Source: a bacterium (lineage in GTDB: Bacteria; Bacillota_I; Bacilli_A; RFN20; DUOZ01). From it: a stretch of DNA of 64,000 bases. A program made the translations under genes and the position numbers. Below are positions 44,542 through 54,178 of the stretch, in pieces. How positions within the stretch are numbered: the stretch's first letter is position 1; the number at the start of each line of letters is the position of its first letter. The stretch spans positions 2,226 to 66,225 of the forward strand of contig DUOZ01000115.1 of the NCBI GenBank assembly GCA_012838555.1. Reading direction: 5' to 3'. Below the pieces are notes generated by a model. That model was not told the origin of the DNA. It saw only the letters and a program-made list of their open reading frames with translations, and ran no database searches.

Positions 44542-45411
44542 TTAACGATGACTTCCAAAGAAGAATACTCCAATAACATTTGGTCCTGCATGTGATCCAA
44601 TTACCGGTCCTATAAAACTTAAGAAAATATTTTTTATATTAAACTTTTCTTTAATAAGTAAAGCAACAAAATTTGCATCATCTACACAGTCTCCGTGAGA
44701 AATAAAAACAGTTTTAGTAAATGATGTTATTCTTTCTTCCATCAATTTTATAATTTTTTTGAATGCACCTTTTCTTCCTCTTGCAGTTGTTATAGGTACT
44801 AGTCTTCCCATGTTATCCATATAAATAATTGGTTTTAACTGAAGCACAGTGCCTAAAAATGCTTTAGTTGCAGATAGCCTTCCACCTCTTTTCATATGAT
44901 AAAGGTCATCACCGGTGAAAAAATGACATAAATTTAATTTATTATCTTCAACGAACCTTGCTACTTCATCAATTGTTTTGCCGTCTTTTTTTAGATTTAT
45001 CGCTTGATGTATTAATAATCCTTGTCCAAAAGAAGAGCATAAAGAATCAATAGCTATAATTTTGGCATTTTGGTACTTTTCTTCTAACTCTTCTTTAGCA
45101 ATTAATAGAGAATTATAAGTTCCGCTTAACGCTGAAGAAAAGATAATACATAAGACATCTTTATTATCTTTTAAAATTGGTTCAATAGCATTTATAAATT
45201 CAATTGGTGTAACTTGTGAAGTTGTCGGATTTTTCTTGTTTCTTATTAAACTATAAAATTCTTTATTTGTCATATCCCTTTCATCACTGTAATTTTTATA
45301 ATTTTTACCGTCAATATTAAATCCTAAAGGTAAAACTTTAAGATGTTCGTCTTCTATTAAATAAGCAGGTAAATCACTGCATGAATCAGTGATAATAATA
45401 TAATCTTTCAT
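44542..45411 (-). CDS. DegV-family fatty-acid-binding protein (tandem paralogue 2)
   Basis: It is 289 aa with MKDYIIITDSCSDLP and an AAGGAGA RBS. It is about 70% identical to the upstream paralogue. Confidence 0.85.
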   Translation of the reverse strand: MKDYIIITDSCSDLPAYLIEDEHLKVLPLGFNIDGKNYKNYSDERDMTNKEFYSLIRNKKNPTTSQVTPIEFINAIEPILKDNKDVLCIIFSSALSGTYNSLLIAKEELEEKYQNAKIIAIDSLCSSFGQGLLIHQAINLKKDGKTIDEVARFVEDNKLNLCHFFTGDDLYHMKRGGRLSATKAFLGTVLQLKPIIYMDNMGRLVPITTARGRKGAFKKIIKLMEERITSFTKTVFISHGDCVDDANFVALLIKEKFNIKNIFLSFIGPVIGSHAGPNVIGVFFFGSHR

Positions 45412-45484
45412 TTACTCATCTCCTTTTTCTGTTCAATAATATTATTTATTATCTATTAGTATTTAATGTCTAAATCTAATCATT

Positions 45485-45518
45485 TTAGAAAAAAGAGGCG
45501 AACTTGTAAAATCGCCTC
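45485..45518 (-). terminator. Rho-independent terminator between the tandem degV genes
   Basis: The stem AGAGGCGA/TCGCCTCT has a 10-nt loop. On the minus strand it is followed by TTTTTCT. Confidence 0.55.
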
Positions 45519-45549
45519 TATTTTAAATGTTAAATTTGAATTTAAATAA

Positions 45550-46419
45550 TTAACGATAATTACCAAAGAAGAATACTGCAATTGTATTAGGCCCTGCATG
45601 AGCTCCAATAACTGGACCAATCGGACTAATAACGATGTCTTTAACATCAAATTTTTCTTTGATTAACTCTGCCATAAATTCTGCATCTTCCTTACAGTCT
45701 CCATGTGAGATAAAGACTGTTTGACTATCATTACTAATGCGTTCTTCAATCTTTTTAACAATATCTTTGAAGGCTCCTTTTCTACCTCTAACAGTGTTTA
45801 AAGGTACTAAACGACCCATATCATCAACGTAAAGGACTGGTTTAAGTTGTAAGACAGTACCTAGGAATGCCTTAGTTGATGATAATCTACCACCTCTTTT
45901 AAGATGACCTAGATCATCAACAGTGAATAAATGACATAGTTTTAATTTGTTTTCTTCAACATAAGTAGCAACTTCATCGATTGATTTACCTTGTTTTTTT
46001 AGATTAAGGGCACTATAGACTAATAACCCTTGACCTAAAGAAGCACTTAAAGAATCAATGGCAATGATTTTGTTATCTTTATATTTATCTTCAAGTTCAT
46101 TTTTAGCGACGACTAGAGAATTGTAGGTTCCACTTAATGCTGATGAAAAAATAATGCATAATACATCTTTTCCTTCTTTTAATATTGGTTCAATTGCTTC
46201 AATAAATTCATTAGGTGAAAGCTGTGAAGTAGTCGCGCTTTTATGATTTCTTAATGAATCATAAAAATCTTTATGTGACATTTCTCTTTCATCACTATAA
46301 TTTTTATAATTCTTGCCATCAATGTTAAAGCCAAGCGGTAATACTTGCAAGTGTTCCTTTTCAATTAAATAAGTAGGTAAGTCACTGCACGAATCGGTTA
46401 AAATAATATAATCTTTCAT
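45550..46419 (-). CDS. DegV-family fatty-acid-binding protein (tandem paralogue 1)
   Basis: The start is at the internal ATG 46419, with a strong GGAGGAG RBS. The protein is 289 aa, MKDYIILTDSCSDLP. The longer ORF from 46479 lacks an RBS. Confidence 0.85.
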   Translation of the reverse strand: MKDYIILTDSCSDLPTYLIEKEHLQVLPLGFNIDGKNYKNYSDEREMSHKDFYDSLRNHKSATTSQLSPNEFIEAIEPILKEGKDVLCIIFSSALSGTYNSLVVAKNELEDKYKDNKIIAIDSLSASLGQGLLVYSALNLKKQGKSIDEVATYVEENKLKLCHLFTVDDLGHLKRGGRLSSTKAFLGTVLQLKPVLYVDDMGRLVPLNTVRGRKGAFKDIVKKIEERISNDSQTVFISHGDCKEDAEFMAELIKEKFDVKDIVISPIGPVIGAHAGPNTIAVFFFGNYR

Positions 46420-46594
46420 TTGTATCTCCTCCTTAAATGAATATATAAAGTCGGTTAATGTCGTTTTATGTAGTTTCAAAAACCCATCATCTAGTTTTCA
46501 AAACTATTTTATAATGGTATAATACTACTTGTCAATAAATATGTGCTTGAACTATTAAATAGAATATTCTAAAATATGAACGGAGTTGATTTTT

Positions 46595-47215
46595 ATGAAG
46601 GAAATAATTACTGAATTAAAAGTATGGTTAGAACAACTAGAAAATTTTACACTCCCAAATTGGGACTCATTACCTGATTTAGATTTATATATGGATCAAG
46701 TAATAACATATTTAGAAAAGCAATTATCACCCCTTACTGTTGAAGAACATGAAAAACTTATTACACCATTTATGATTAACAATTATGTCAAAGGTAATCT
46801 AATTCCTAGTCCAATTAAGAAGAAATATTCTAGAGAACATATGGGATTTATACTAGGAATTTGCTCGGTTAAACAAGTTTTATCAATTTCTGATATCTCT
46901 AAATTAAGATCACGAATTAAAAGTGATAATATCGAAGATTTATATCAGATTTTTATCAAAAATTGGCAAGATAATCTTCATCATATTGCATTTACTTCAA
47001 AACAAGAAATTAATTCATATGTTAATGAATTATTAAATGAAGAAAGTGATGAAATAGATGAAGATACTAAAGAGTTATTGATTAATAGATTAAATTACTT
47101 AGCACTTAAATTAGCAATTGAAGCCGAAGCTCAAAAAATAATTGCTACTAAAATTATATATTTACTGAATAAATCTTATGATGAAGATCTTGAAAAGAAG
47201 AAAAAGAAAAAATAG
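46595..47215 (+). CDS. DUF1836-like protein
   Basis: It is about 206 aa. The motif LPDLDLYMDQVITYLE resembles the DUF1836 family of Firmicutes. It has a GGAG RBS 9 nt upstream and a lysine-rich C-terminus. Confidence 0.45.
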   Translation: MKEIITELKVWLEQLENFTLPNWDSLPDLDLYMDQVITYLEKQLSPLTVEEHEKLITPFMINNYVKGNLIPSPIKKKYSREHMGFILGICSVKQVLSISDISKLRSRIKSDNIEDLYQIFIKNWQDNLHHIAFTSKQEINSYVNELLNEESDEIDEDTKELLINRLNYLALKLAIEAEAQKIIATKIIYLLNKSYDEDLEKKKKKK

Positions 47216-47229
47216 ATAGAGGTAGTAAA

Positions 47230-48342
47230 ATGAAGGAATTGCCTATGATTTTTAAAACATTTCCAGTTGTTTTTGCTTTAAATAACAATTATCACATTAT
47301 GGTTTTGGTTAACGAACCTTGTTTAATGTGGGTTAAAGTAGGAAGTAATGAGTATTATGATGAATCAAATGGAATATTAAGGTCTTCTAACAAGATTCAT
47401 AGAATGATAGTACCAATAGATGAACTAGATAAAGAACTAAACTATCAAGTTGTCTATCGTAAGATTATTGAACGTAAACCTTATTTTCCTTTAATAGAAG
47501 AACCTGTATTTATTAATTTTAAGTTTAAGCCAGTTAAAGAAACACCGATTAATATTTACCATATTTCTGATGCACATAATAAAGTAGAAACGCCTGTTAA
47601 AGCAGGTAGTTACTTTAAAGATAAATTAGATTTATTAATCTTAAACGGTGATATCCCTAATCATAGTGGGGAAATAAAATACTTTGATACAATTTATGAA
47701 ATCGCAGGTAGTATTACAAAAGGTAATATTCCTGTTATATTTTCTAGGGGTAATCATGATATGAGAGGATTTTATGCTGAAAATCTAATTGATTATACTC
47801 CGCATGACAACGGTAATTCATATTTTACTTTTAGATTAGGTCCGCTTTGGGGTGTTGTTTTAGACTGTGGTGAAGATAAAGATGATGATCATAGTGAATA
47901 TGGTGGAACGATTTGTTGTCATGCTTTTAGATTAAGGCAAACTAAGTTTCTTGAAAATATTGTTAAAAATGCTAGTAATGAATATGGTGCTGAAGGGATT
48001 AAACATAAAGTTGTAATCTCTCATATTCCGTTTACAGATACTTTTGAACCGCCTTTTAACATTGAAAAGGATGTTTATGCAAAGTGGGTAGGTATTTTAG
48101 ATGAGCATATAAAACCAGATATAATGATATGCGGACATATGCATGATACAAGAGTAGATTTTAGTGATAAGATTCATGATGAAAAGGGGAATCAAATACC
48201 GATTGTTATTGGTTCAAATCCATTTTTAAATAAAGAAGACGATATCTTTATAGGTGCTGCAATAACACTTGAAGATAATCGTATAAATGTGAAATTTACT
48301 GACCATACTGGTAAGATTTTTAACGAAGCGAAGATAAGATAG
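47230..48342 (+). CDS. Metallophosphoesterase (calcineurin-like)
   Basis: It has GDIPNH, the GNHD motif SRGNHDM and a GH(x)H motif ICGHMHD. It is 370 aa. Confidence 0.7.
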   Translation: MKELPMIFKTFPVVFALNNNYHIMVLVNEPCLMWVKVGSNEYYDESNGILRSSNKIHRMIVPIDELDKELNYQVVYRKIIERKPYFPLIEEPVFINFKFKPVKETPINIYHISDAHNKVETPVKAGSYFKDKLDLLILNGDIPNHSGEIKYFDTIYEIAGSITKGNIPVIFSRGNHDMRGFYAENLIDYTPHDNGNSYFTFRLGPLWGVVLDCGEDKDDDHSEYGGTICCHAFRLRQTKFLENIVKNASNEYGAEGIKHKVVISHIPFTDTFEPPFNIEKDVYAKWVGILDEHIKPDIMICGHMHDTRVDFSDKIHDEKGNQIPIVIGSNPFLNKEDDIFIGAAITLEDNRINVKFTDHTGKIFNEAKIR

Positions 48343-48352
48343 TACTAAAATT

Positions 48353-48377
48353 GATGAGCTGAATGGCTCATCTTTTT
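48353..48377 (+). terminator. Rho-independent terminator after the metallophosphoesterase gene
   Basis: The stem GATGAGC/GCTCATC has a 6-nt loop and is followed by TTTTT. Confidence 0.6.
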
Positions 48378-48497
48378 ACATAATTTATAAAATCTTTAAA
48401 AATTTGTAAGTTAAATGAGGTTAAAAAAGTATTAATAATTTAAGGATTATTTTATTGTTGTTATTTTTTAACAATTTGGTGGGTAAAATGAAAATCA

Positions 48498-48537
48498 ATG
48501 AAAGCGCTTGACAGTTTTTTAAAATGTGTTGTATTAT
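48498..48537 (+). promoter_or_regulatory. Promoter of the fructan-locus operon with overlapping cre-like element
   Basis: The -35 TTGACA is at 48508-48513. An 18-nt spacer leads to the -10 TATTAT at 48532-48537. The upstream cre-like sequence ATGAAAGCGCTTGACA lies at 48498-48513, with a perfect left half TGAAAGCG. Confidence 0.4.
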
Positions 48538-48550
48538 TAAATCATAAAAA

Positions 48551-48568
48551 TGTGGTATCGATACCACA
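48551..48568 (+). promoter_or_regulatory. Perfect 18-bp palindrome (LacI-family-type operator) between promoter and RBS
   Basis: TGTGGTATCGATACCACA is centred on CG. It lies 13 nt after the -10 and 4 nt before the AAGGAGG RBS. Confidence 0.6.
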
Positions 48569-48585
48569 CCGAAGGAGGAACTAAA

Positions 48586-49920
48586 GTGAAAAGAGTTAAA
48601 AAGTTTGTTACACTTGCTTTAGCTGCCATGATGCTAGTTGGTTGTGGTGGCAATACTGGTGAAGAAGAATCACCTGATGTAAAAATTGTTAAAATTTGGG
48701 TTCACAAATCCGAAGCAGAAGATGAAGGTAAGGTGTACTCAGCTGTTGCAGATTTATTTAATGAACAAGAAATTAAGACTGCTGATGGCACCAAAACAAT
48801 TAAGATGAAATTAGAATTTAAGAACAGTGCTGAAACACTTTCTAATGCTATTAGTTCAGAAATTCTAACTGGTGGTCTTCCAGATATCGTTGCTGTTGAC
48901 GCTCCTAATATTGCAGCGTATGCAGATGCAGGAATCTTAACAAGTATAGATGATTATTTAACGACAGAAACCATTGATAGCTACGTAAGTAGTGTTATCG
49001 AACAAAGTACTATTGATGGAAAAATTTATGCTTTATCTGCTATGGATGCTCCAACAGGACTTTATTACAACAAAGACTTACTAAAACAAGTAGGTTATAC
49101 AGATGAAGATTTTGGAAGTATTGAAAATCCTTGGTCATGGGTTGATGTTAAAGAAGCTATGGCTAAGTTAAAAGAAAAAGGTTTATCTTATCAAATTAAA
49201 CTAAACCTTGGCTTTGGTGGAGACGAAGGATTAATGTATCTATATTCTGCTCTTGTTTACTCAGCTGGTGGAGACTTCATTACTAGCGAAGGTAAAACTG
49301 AAGGTGCTTTAAATAGTGAAGAAACATTAGCAGGTATTAGAGTCCTTGAAGATATCTTAAGAGTAGATACTAATGGCGATTCATGGTATTACAATGGTGC
49401 CAACACAGATGCTTTAGCAGCTGGTGAAGTTGCGTTTGAAGTCTTTGGCCCTTGGAGTATTGCATCTATTAAGAAAAATTATCCTGAATTTGTAAATAGT
49501 TATGATATTATGCCATTCCCAGTTTATGAAGATGAAAATGGTAATAAGGGAAGTTTAGCTGCTGGTAGTGGATCTTGGGGATTTGGTGTTACACCAAACG
49601 CTAAAGACAAAGACGCTGCAGCTAAAGTACTTGCTTACTTAACTGGACCAGAAGCAAGTAGATTATTATATGAATCAATTGGTACATTCCCAACACATAA
49701 ATCACTATTTGATGAAATTAGTGATTTCCATACAGGTCCATTAAATTCATTAGCAGTTATTTTAGAAAGAGCTGCGACACCACGTCCAAAAATGGTTAAC
49801 TATCCAAAACTAAGCAGTGGATACAGTAAAATCATTTCTTATATTGAAACAATGCATGAATCTGAAGAATATGACCTAGTTGGGTTTATCAATACACAAA
49901 TCGCTCAAATTGATAGATAG
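48586..49920 (+). CDS. ABC transporter substrate-binding lipoprotein (CUT1 / SBP_bac_1 family)
   Basis: It has a GTG start after GGAGG and a signal peptide with lipobox LVGC. The protein is about 444 aa with extracellular solute-binding protein family 1 topology. Confidence 0.8.
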   Translation: MKRVKKFVTLALAAMMLVGCGGNTGEEESPDVKIVKIWVHKSEAEDEGKVYSAVADLFNEQEIKTADGTKTIKMKLEFKNSAETLSNAISSEILTGGLPDIVAVDAPNIAAYADAGILTSIDDYLTTETIDSYVSSVIEQSTIDGKIYALSAMDAPTGLYYNKDLLKQVGYTDEDFGSIENPWSWVDVKEAMAKLKEKGLSYQIKLNLGFGGDEGLMYLYSALVYSAGGDFITSEGKTEGALNSEETLAGIRVLEDILRVDTNGDSWYYNGANTDALAAGEVAFEVFGPWSIASIKKNYPEFVNSYDIMPFPVYEDENGNKGSLAAGSGSWGFGVTPNAKDKDAAAKVLAYLTGPEASRLLYESIGTFPTHKSLFDEISDFHTGPLNSLAVILERAATPRPKMVNYPKLSSGYSKIISYIETMHESEEYDLVGFINTQIAQIDR

Positions 49921-49928
49921 GTCTTATT

Positions 49929-50861
49929 ATGAGTGTTAGTTCAGTAAAAAAACCTAAAAAAATGTATTTTAGGTTTATGGGAAAGAGTTACCGTATATCC
50001 GATACTATAATCGGATATACGTTCCTCTTACCAGCCTTAATACTGGGCATAATCTTCATTATTATGCCGATAGTCATATCTTTAGCTTATGCATTTACTG
50101 ATGCGAACTTATTAAAGTTGAATCAGGTTAATTTCGTCGGACTTAAAAACTTTGAATTCTTGATAAGTGATGAAACTTTATGGCAAGCATTCAAAAATAC
50201 GATGGAATTTGTTATTAAGGTAGTACCACTTCAGTTACTAACTGCACTAGGTCTAGCCTTACTTGTTAATAAGAAAATGAAAGGTAATACTTTCTTTAGG
50301 TGGGCATTCTTTGCTCCAGTTATGTTATCATTAGCAGTTACTTCGATGTTATGGATTAACTTGCTTAACGAACAAGATGGCTTAATTAATGCAATATTAA
50401 CGATGATGGGTTTACCAAAAGAAAAATTCTTAGGTGACCCTAAGATGGCGATGGATTTAATTGTTTTAATCTCAGCATGGCAAGGTGCAGGTTACCAAAT
50501 GTTAATCTTCTTGTCAGGCTTAAAAAATATTCCTAAAGAAATGTATGAAGCAGCAAGTATTGATGGTGCTAATAAAAGACAACAATTCTTTAGAATTACT
50601 TTACCAAGTATTAGACCAACCTTTTCATTCGTATTAATTACCATGCTCATTGGAGCCTTTAGATTAATTACTCAGCCGATGATCATGACACAAGGTGGTC
50701 CAATTAATAAGACTTTAACGATGTCTTATTATATTTATCAACAAGGTATCACTTACCGTGATGTAGGTTATTCAAGTGCGATTGCTCTAGTTTATACCAT
50801 CTTTATGGCAACAATTGCACTAACACTTCGAAAAATCACGGAAAAGGACAACACTGTTTAA
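49929..50861 (+). CDS. ABC sugar permease (MalF/UgpA-like)
   Basis: It has six TM helices and the EAA loop EAASIDGANKRQQFFRITLP. Confidence 0.8.
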   Translation: MSVSSVKKPKKMYFRFMGKSYRISDTIIGYTFLLPALILGIIFIIMPIVISLAYAFTDANLLKLNQVNFVGLKNFEFLISDETLWQAFKNTMEFVIKVVPLQLLTALGLALLVNKKMKGNTFFRWAFFAPVMLSLAVTSMLWINLLNEQDGLINAILTMMGLPKEKFLGDPKMAMDLIVLISAWQGAGYQMLIFLSGLKNIPKEMYEAASIDGANKRQQFFRITLPSIRPTFSFVLITMLIGAFRLITQPMIMTQGGPINKTLTMSYYIYQQGITYRDVGYSSAIALVYTIFMATIALTLRKITEKDNTV

Positions 50862-50869
50862 GGAGGGGT

Positions 50870-51787
50870 ATGATGGAACTTAAATTAAAAAGTGAATCAC
50901 TAAATTATATCCCGCCAAAAAAGAAAAGTTTAACACCAAAGAGAGTAATTAAATCAACATTATTTTACGCATTTATGCTACTACTAGCTGCTATATTCAC
51001 TTTCCCAGTTTTGTGGATGGTAGTAAACAGCTTTAAATCACAAAAAGAAGTATATGAAACCATTAATTCTCTTAGAACATTCCTACCATATACATGGGAT
51101 GTAACGAAATGGTTTGAATCATATAAGAATTTATTCTCAACATTTGACTATTTTGGTCAATCAATCATTAACAGTATCGTTTATGCCTCAATTACGATAA
51201 CAGGCGTCCTTATTATTAATTCAATCGCAGGTTATGCTTTATCTAGATTCGTATTCCCAGGTCATAAACTAATTGTTAATATTATTATCTTAATTCTAAT
51301 TGTCCCTGTGGAAACATCAATCGTTCCATTATACGTTATCTTAAAGAACTTGGGACTTTTAGACCCTAATCTAAGAATTATTGGTTATTTAATTCCTGGA
51401 TTAGTTAGTCCATTTTATATCTTTATGTTTAGAAATTACTTCTTAGGAATACCTAAAGAGTTAGAAGAGGCTGCTTATATTGATGGAGCAGGTAGATTAA
51501 AGACATTTTTTGGAATCATAATTCCGGTATCGTTACCAGTCTTTGCGACAGTTGCCATATTTACCTTTATGGGTTCATGGAATGAATATGTCTTTGCTCA
51601 ATTAATGTTCTCTTCTCCAGCTCAACAGCCATTACAAGTATTCCTACAGTTAATCAATAACTTTAATCCAAAAGATATATCCTTAGTAATGGCATCATTA
51701 ACATTCTCAACGATACCAATTGCGATTGTATATATCTTCTGTCAACGTTACATTGTCGAAGGTGTAGCATTCACAGGATTAAAATAA
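50870..51787 (+). CDS. ABC sugar permease (MalG/UgpE-like)
   Basis: It has six TM helices and the EAA loop EEAAYIDGAGRLKTFFGIIIP. Confidence 0.8.
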   Translation: MMELKLKSESLNYIPPKKKSLTPKRVIKSTLFYAFMLLLAAIFTFPVLWMVVNSFKSQKEVYETINSLRTFLPYTWDVTKWFESYKNLFSTFDYFGQSIINSIVYASITITGVLIINSIAGYALSRFVFPGHKLIVNIIILILIVPVETSIVPLYVILKNLGLLDPNLRIIGYLIPGLVSPFYIFMFRNYFLGIPKELEEAAYIDGAGRLKTFFGIIIPVSLPVFATVAIFTFMGSWNEYVFAQLMFSSPAQQPLQVFLQLINNFNPKDISLVMASLTFSTIPIAIVYIFCQRYIVEGVAFTGLK

Positions 51788-51808
51788 AAAAAGAAGGGAG
51801 AGGAAAAA

Positions 51809-54178
51809 ATGAAAAAGACATTATCACTTATATTTATGATGTCAATCATTGTTTCCTTTCTAGGTTGTGCTCAAACTAATATGAACAGTGATTCTCAATT
51901 TATCAATGATTATAAAGATCCTAATCAAGATTCATTACTCTTATCTTTATCTTTTGATGAAGAAAGTGGTAATCAAGTAGAGGATAAAATTACTTCATCT
52001 TTAGCAACTATTAATTATGTGTTTAATGATGCTAAATATAAAAGTAATGAAGATCCTCAAAGGACAAAAAGGTCTGCTGTGAGCGGAAGTGCTCTAGCAT
52101 TTGATGGATATTCTAATTATATTGAGTATCCTTCATCAACTATTCAAGTTCATGGACCTTACTTAACAATTGATGTCTTTGTAAGTCCAAGGATGTTTGA
52201 ATGGGATGACCCATATGCCTTATATAACGGTAATGAAAACTTACAAGTAATACTAGGTCAATATAACAAGGATAGTAAAGCTGGATTTGTATTAGGGATG
52301 CATAAATATGGTAACTTTTCATTCCAAGTTGGACTTGGAGATAGATGGGTTAAGTTATGGAATGAATGGAATAAGTTAGACCGTTATAAATGGAATCATT
52401 TAACTGCCGTCTATAATGGTGAAACTGGCTTCATGGCTTTATATAAAAATGGTGAGATTGTTAACTATGAAGAAAAAGTATTTGGAAGTATAGCACCTGC
52501 TAATGTTCCTCTTTACATTGGTAAAAGTCATCAACCTCAACGTGTCGGAGTCTTTGAACTAAATATGTTTAATGGCTTAATGGATGAACTAAGAATTTAT
52601 AATAAAGCCTTAAATGAAGAAGATATCTATAACTATCATCAAAGTTATCTAATAGATGGAAGTATAAAAGAAGTTAAGTTTGAAGATGCTTGGTTAAATG
52701 CAGATATTTTAGATGATGATATCTATCATCCTAAATATCATGCAACACCCCCACAGCATTGGATGAATGAACCACACGCCTTATTTTATTACAAAGGTTA
52801 TTATCATATGTTCTATCAATTTAATCTTACCGGTCCTTATTGGCGACAAATCACTTGGGGTCATTGGGTAAGTAAAGATTTAGTTAGATGGGAACATGTT
52901 AAAGAAGCTATTGTCATGGATGAAAGAAGTGTTGTTAAAGACGGCGCTTGGAGTGGCAATATGGCTTATAAACAAGATGGAACTCCGGTCTTATTTATTA
53001 CAGCAGGTGATGATGGAAAGTCTTATGGACAATATAGTAATCAAAATATTGCTATCGCTGTCCCTAAAGACTTAAATGACCCTTATTTAACAGAGTGGGA
53101 AATCCATGATTCCTTAGTTGTAACTCATACTTCTAGTATGGGAAGAATGAATGAGTTTAGAGATCCTAATGTTTACTATGAAGATGGAGTTTACTATATG
53201 GTTGTTAGTGCTTCAAAACATGATGGAAAAGGAACAGCCTTATTATTTACAACAAGTGATGATTCATTTACATCATGGAATTATGAAGGGAATTTATTTA
53301 CACCAAAGAATTTCTATCCATACATGGGAAGCACTTGGGAATTGGTGAATTTAGTTAAAGTTCATAACGAAAGTAAAACATTGTCTAAATATCTATTCGT
53401 CTTTTCACCTTCAGGAAGTGGTTCAGATAATGATGTTTATTATTATCTAGGAGATTTTGATAAAAAGACAAAGAGATTTATACCTGAACATGATGATCCA
53501 CTCTTAATGGATTATGGAAATAATGTCTTTACTGGACCGACGATTTACACAGAACCTCATAGTGGAAGAGTCTTAATAAGTTCAATCTTACAAGATCAAA
53601 GAACAGGTAGAGAACATTATGATGCAGGTTGGGCCTTTATGGCTGGAATACCTCGAGAATTATCTTTAGATTATGAAGGTAATTTAAAGGTCACACCGAT
53701 TAAAGAATTAGAGACTTTAAAAGGTGATTCATTAGCAAGTTTAAAAGATACATCAATAAATGTTGCTAATGAAGAGTTAGACAAAGTGGATAGCTCTCAA
53801 GTCTATGTGCATTTAAAAATTAGTACATCTGAGTCTACTAACTTTGGTTTAAAAATTAAAAAAGATGAATTAGGTCGAGAAACAATCATTGGTTATGATA
53901 AATCGACAAAGCAAATATATATTGATACCACTAATTCAGGAAATACAAATGTCAAAGGTATTTTTGGAGGGTATCTAGAATTAATTGATGGTCAAACACT
54001 TGATTTAGAAGTTTATGTCGATGGAGCGACAATTGAGTGTTACATCAATGGATATAAGACAATCTCTGCGATGGTTTATAACACTGCTACTAAGATGGAA
54101 TTCTATGCGGATGATAAAGTAATGATTGATTTACTAGAAATAAACTATATGCAGAGTATCAAGGAGGGGCTTAAATGA
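51809..54178 (+). CDS. GH32 lipoprotein A: N-terminal LamG/ConA-like domain plus GH32 beta-propeller and C-terminal beta-sandwich, with variant active-site motifs
   Basis: The lipobox is FLGC. The LamG-like domain reads LSLSFDEESGNQVEDK...AFDGYSNYIEY. GH32 block A is HWMNEPHALFYY, with Glu at 52769-52771. FSGS is present as WSGNMAY, RDP as FRDPNV, and the EC motif as TWELVN. Confidence 0.8.
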   Translation: MKKTLSLIFMMSIIVSFLGCAQTNMNSDSQFINDYKDPNQDSLLLSLSFDEESGNQVEDKITSSLATINYVFNDAKYKSNEDPQRTKRSAVSGSALAFDGYSNYIEYPSSTIQVHGPYLTIDVFVSPRMFEWDDPYALYNGNENLQVILGQYNKDSKAGFVLGMHKYGNFSFQVGLGDRWVKLWNEWNKLDRYKWNHLTAVYNGETGFMALYKNGEIVNYEEKVFGSIAPANVPLYIGKSHQPQRVGVFELNMFNGLMDELRIYNKALNEEDIYNYHQSYLIDGSIKEVKFEDAWLNADILDDDIYHPKYHATPPQHWMNEPHALFYYKGYYHMFYQFNLTGPYWRQITWGHWVSKDLVRWEHVKEAIVMDERSVVKDGAWSGNMAYKQDGTPVLFITAGDDGKSYGQYSNQNIAIAVPKDLNDPYLTEWEIHDSLVVTHTSSMGRMNEFRDPNVYYEDGVYYMVVSASKHDGKGTALLFTTSDDSFTSWNYEGNLFTPKNFYPYMGSTWELVNLVKVHNESKTLSKYLFVFSPSGSGSDNDVYYYLGDFDKKTKRFIPEHDDPLLMDYGNNVFTGPTIYTEPHSGRVLISSILQDQRTGREHYDAGWAFMAGIPRELSLDYEGNLKVTPIKELETLKGDSLASLKDTSINVANEELDKVDSSQVYVHLKISTSESTNFGLKIKKDELGRETIIGYDKSTKQIYIDTTNSGNTNVKGIFGGYLELIDGQTLDLEVYVDGATIECYINGYKTISAMVYNTATKMEFYADDKVMIDLLEINYMQSIKEGLK

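Noticed and set aside
46420-46479. Longer 309-aa form of the DegV gene starting at 46479
   Set aside because: The internal ATG at 46419 is preceded by a perfect GGAGGAG RBS and aligns exactly with the N-terminus of the tandem paralogue (MKDYII.TDSCSDLP). The 20-codon extension has no RBS.
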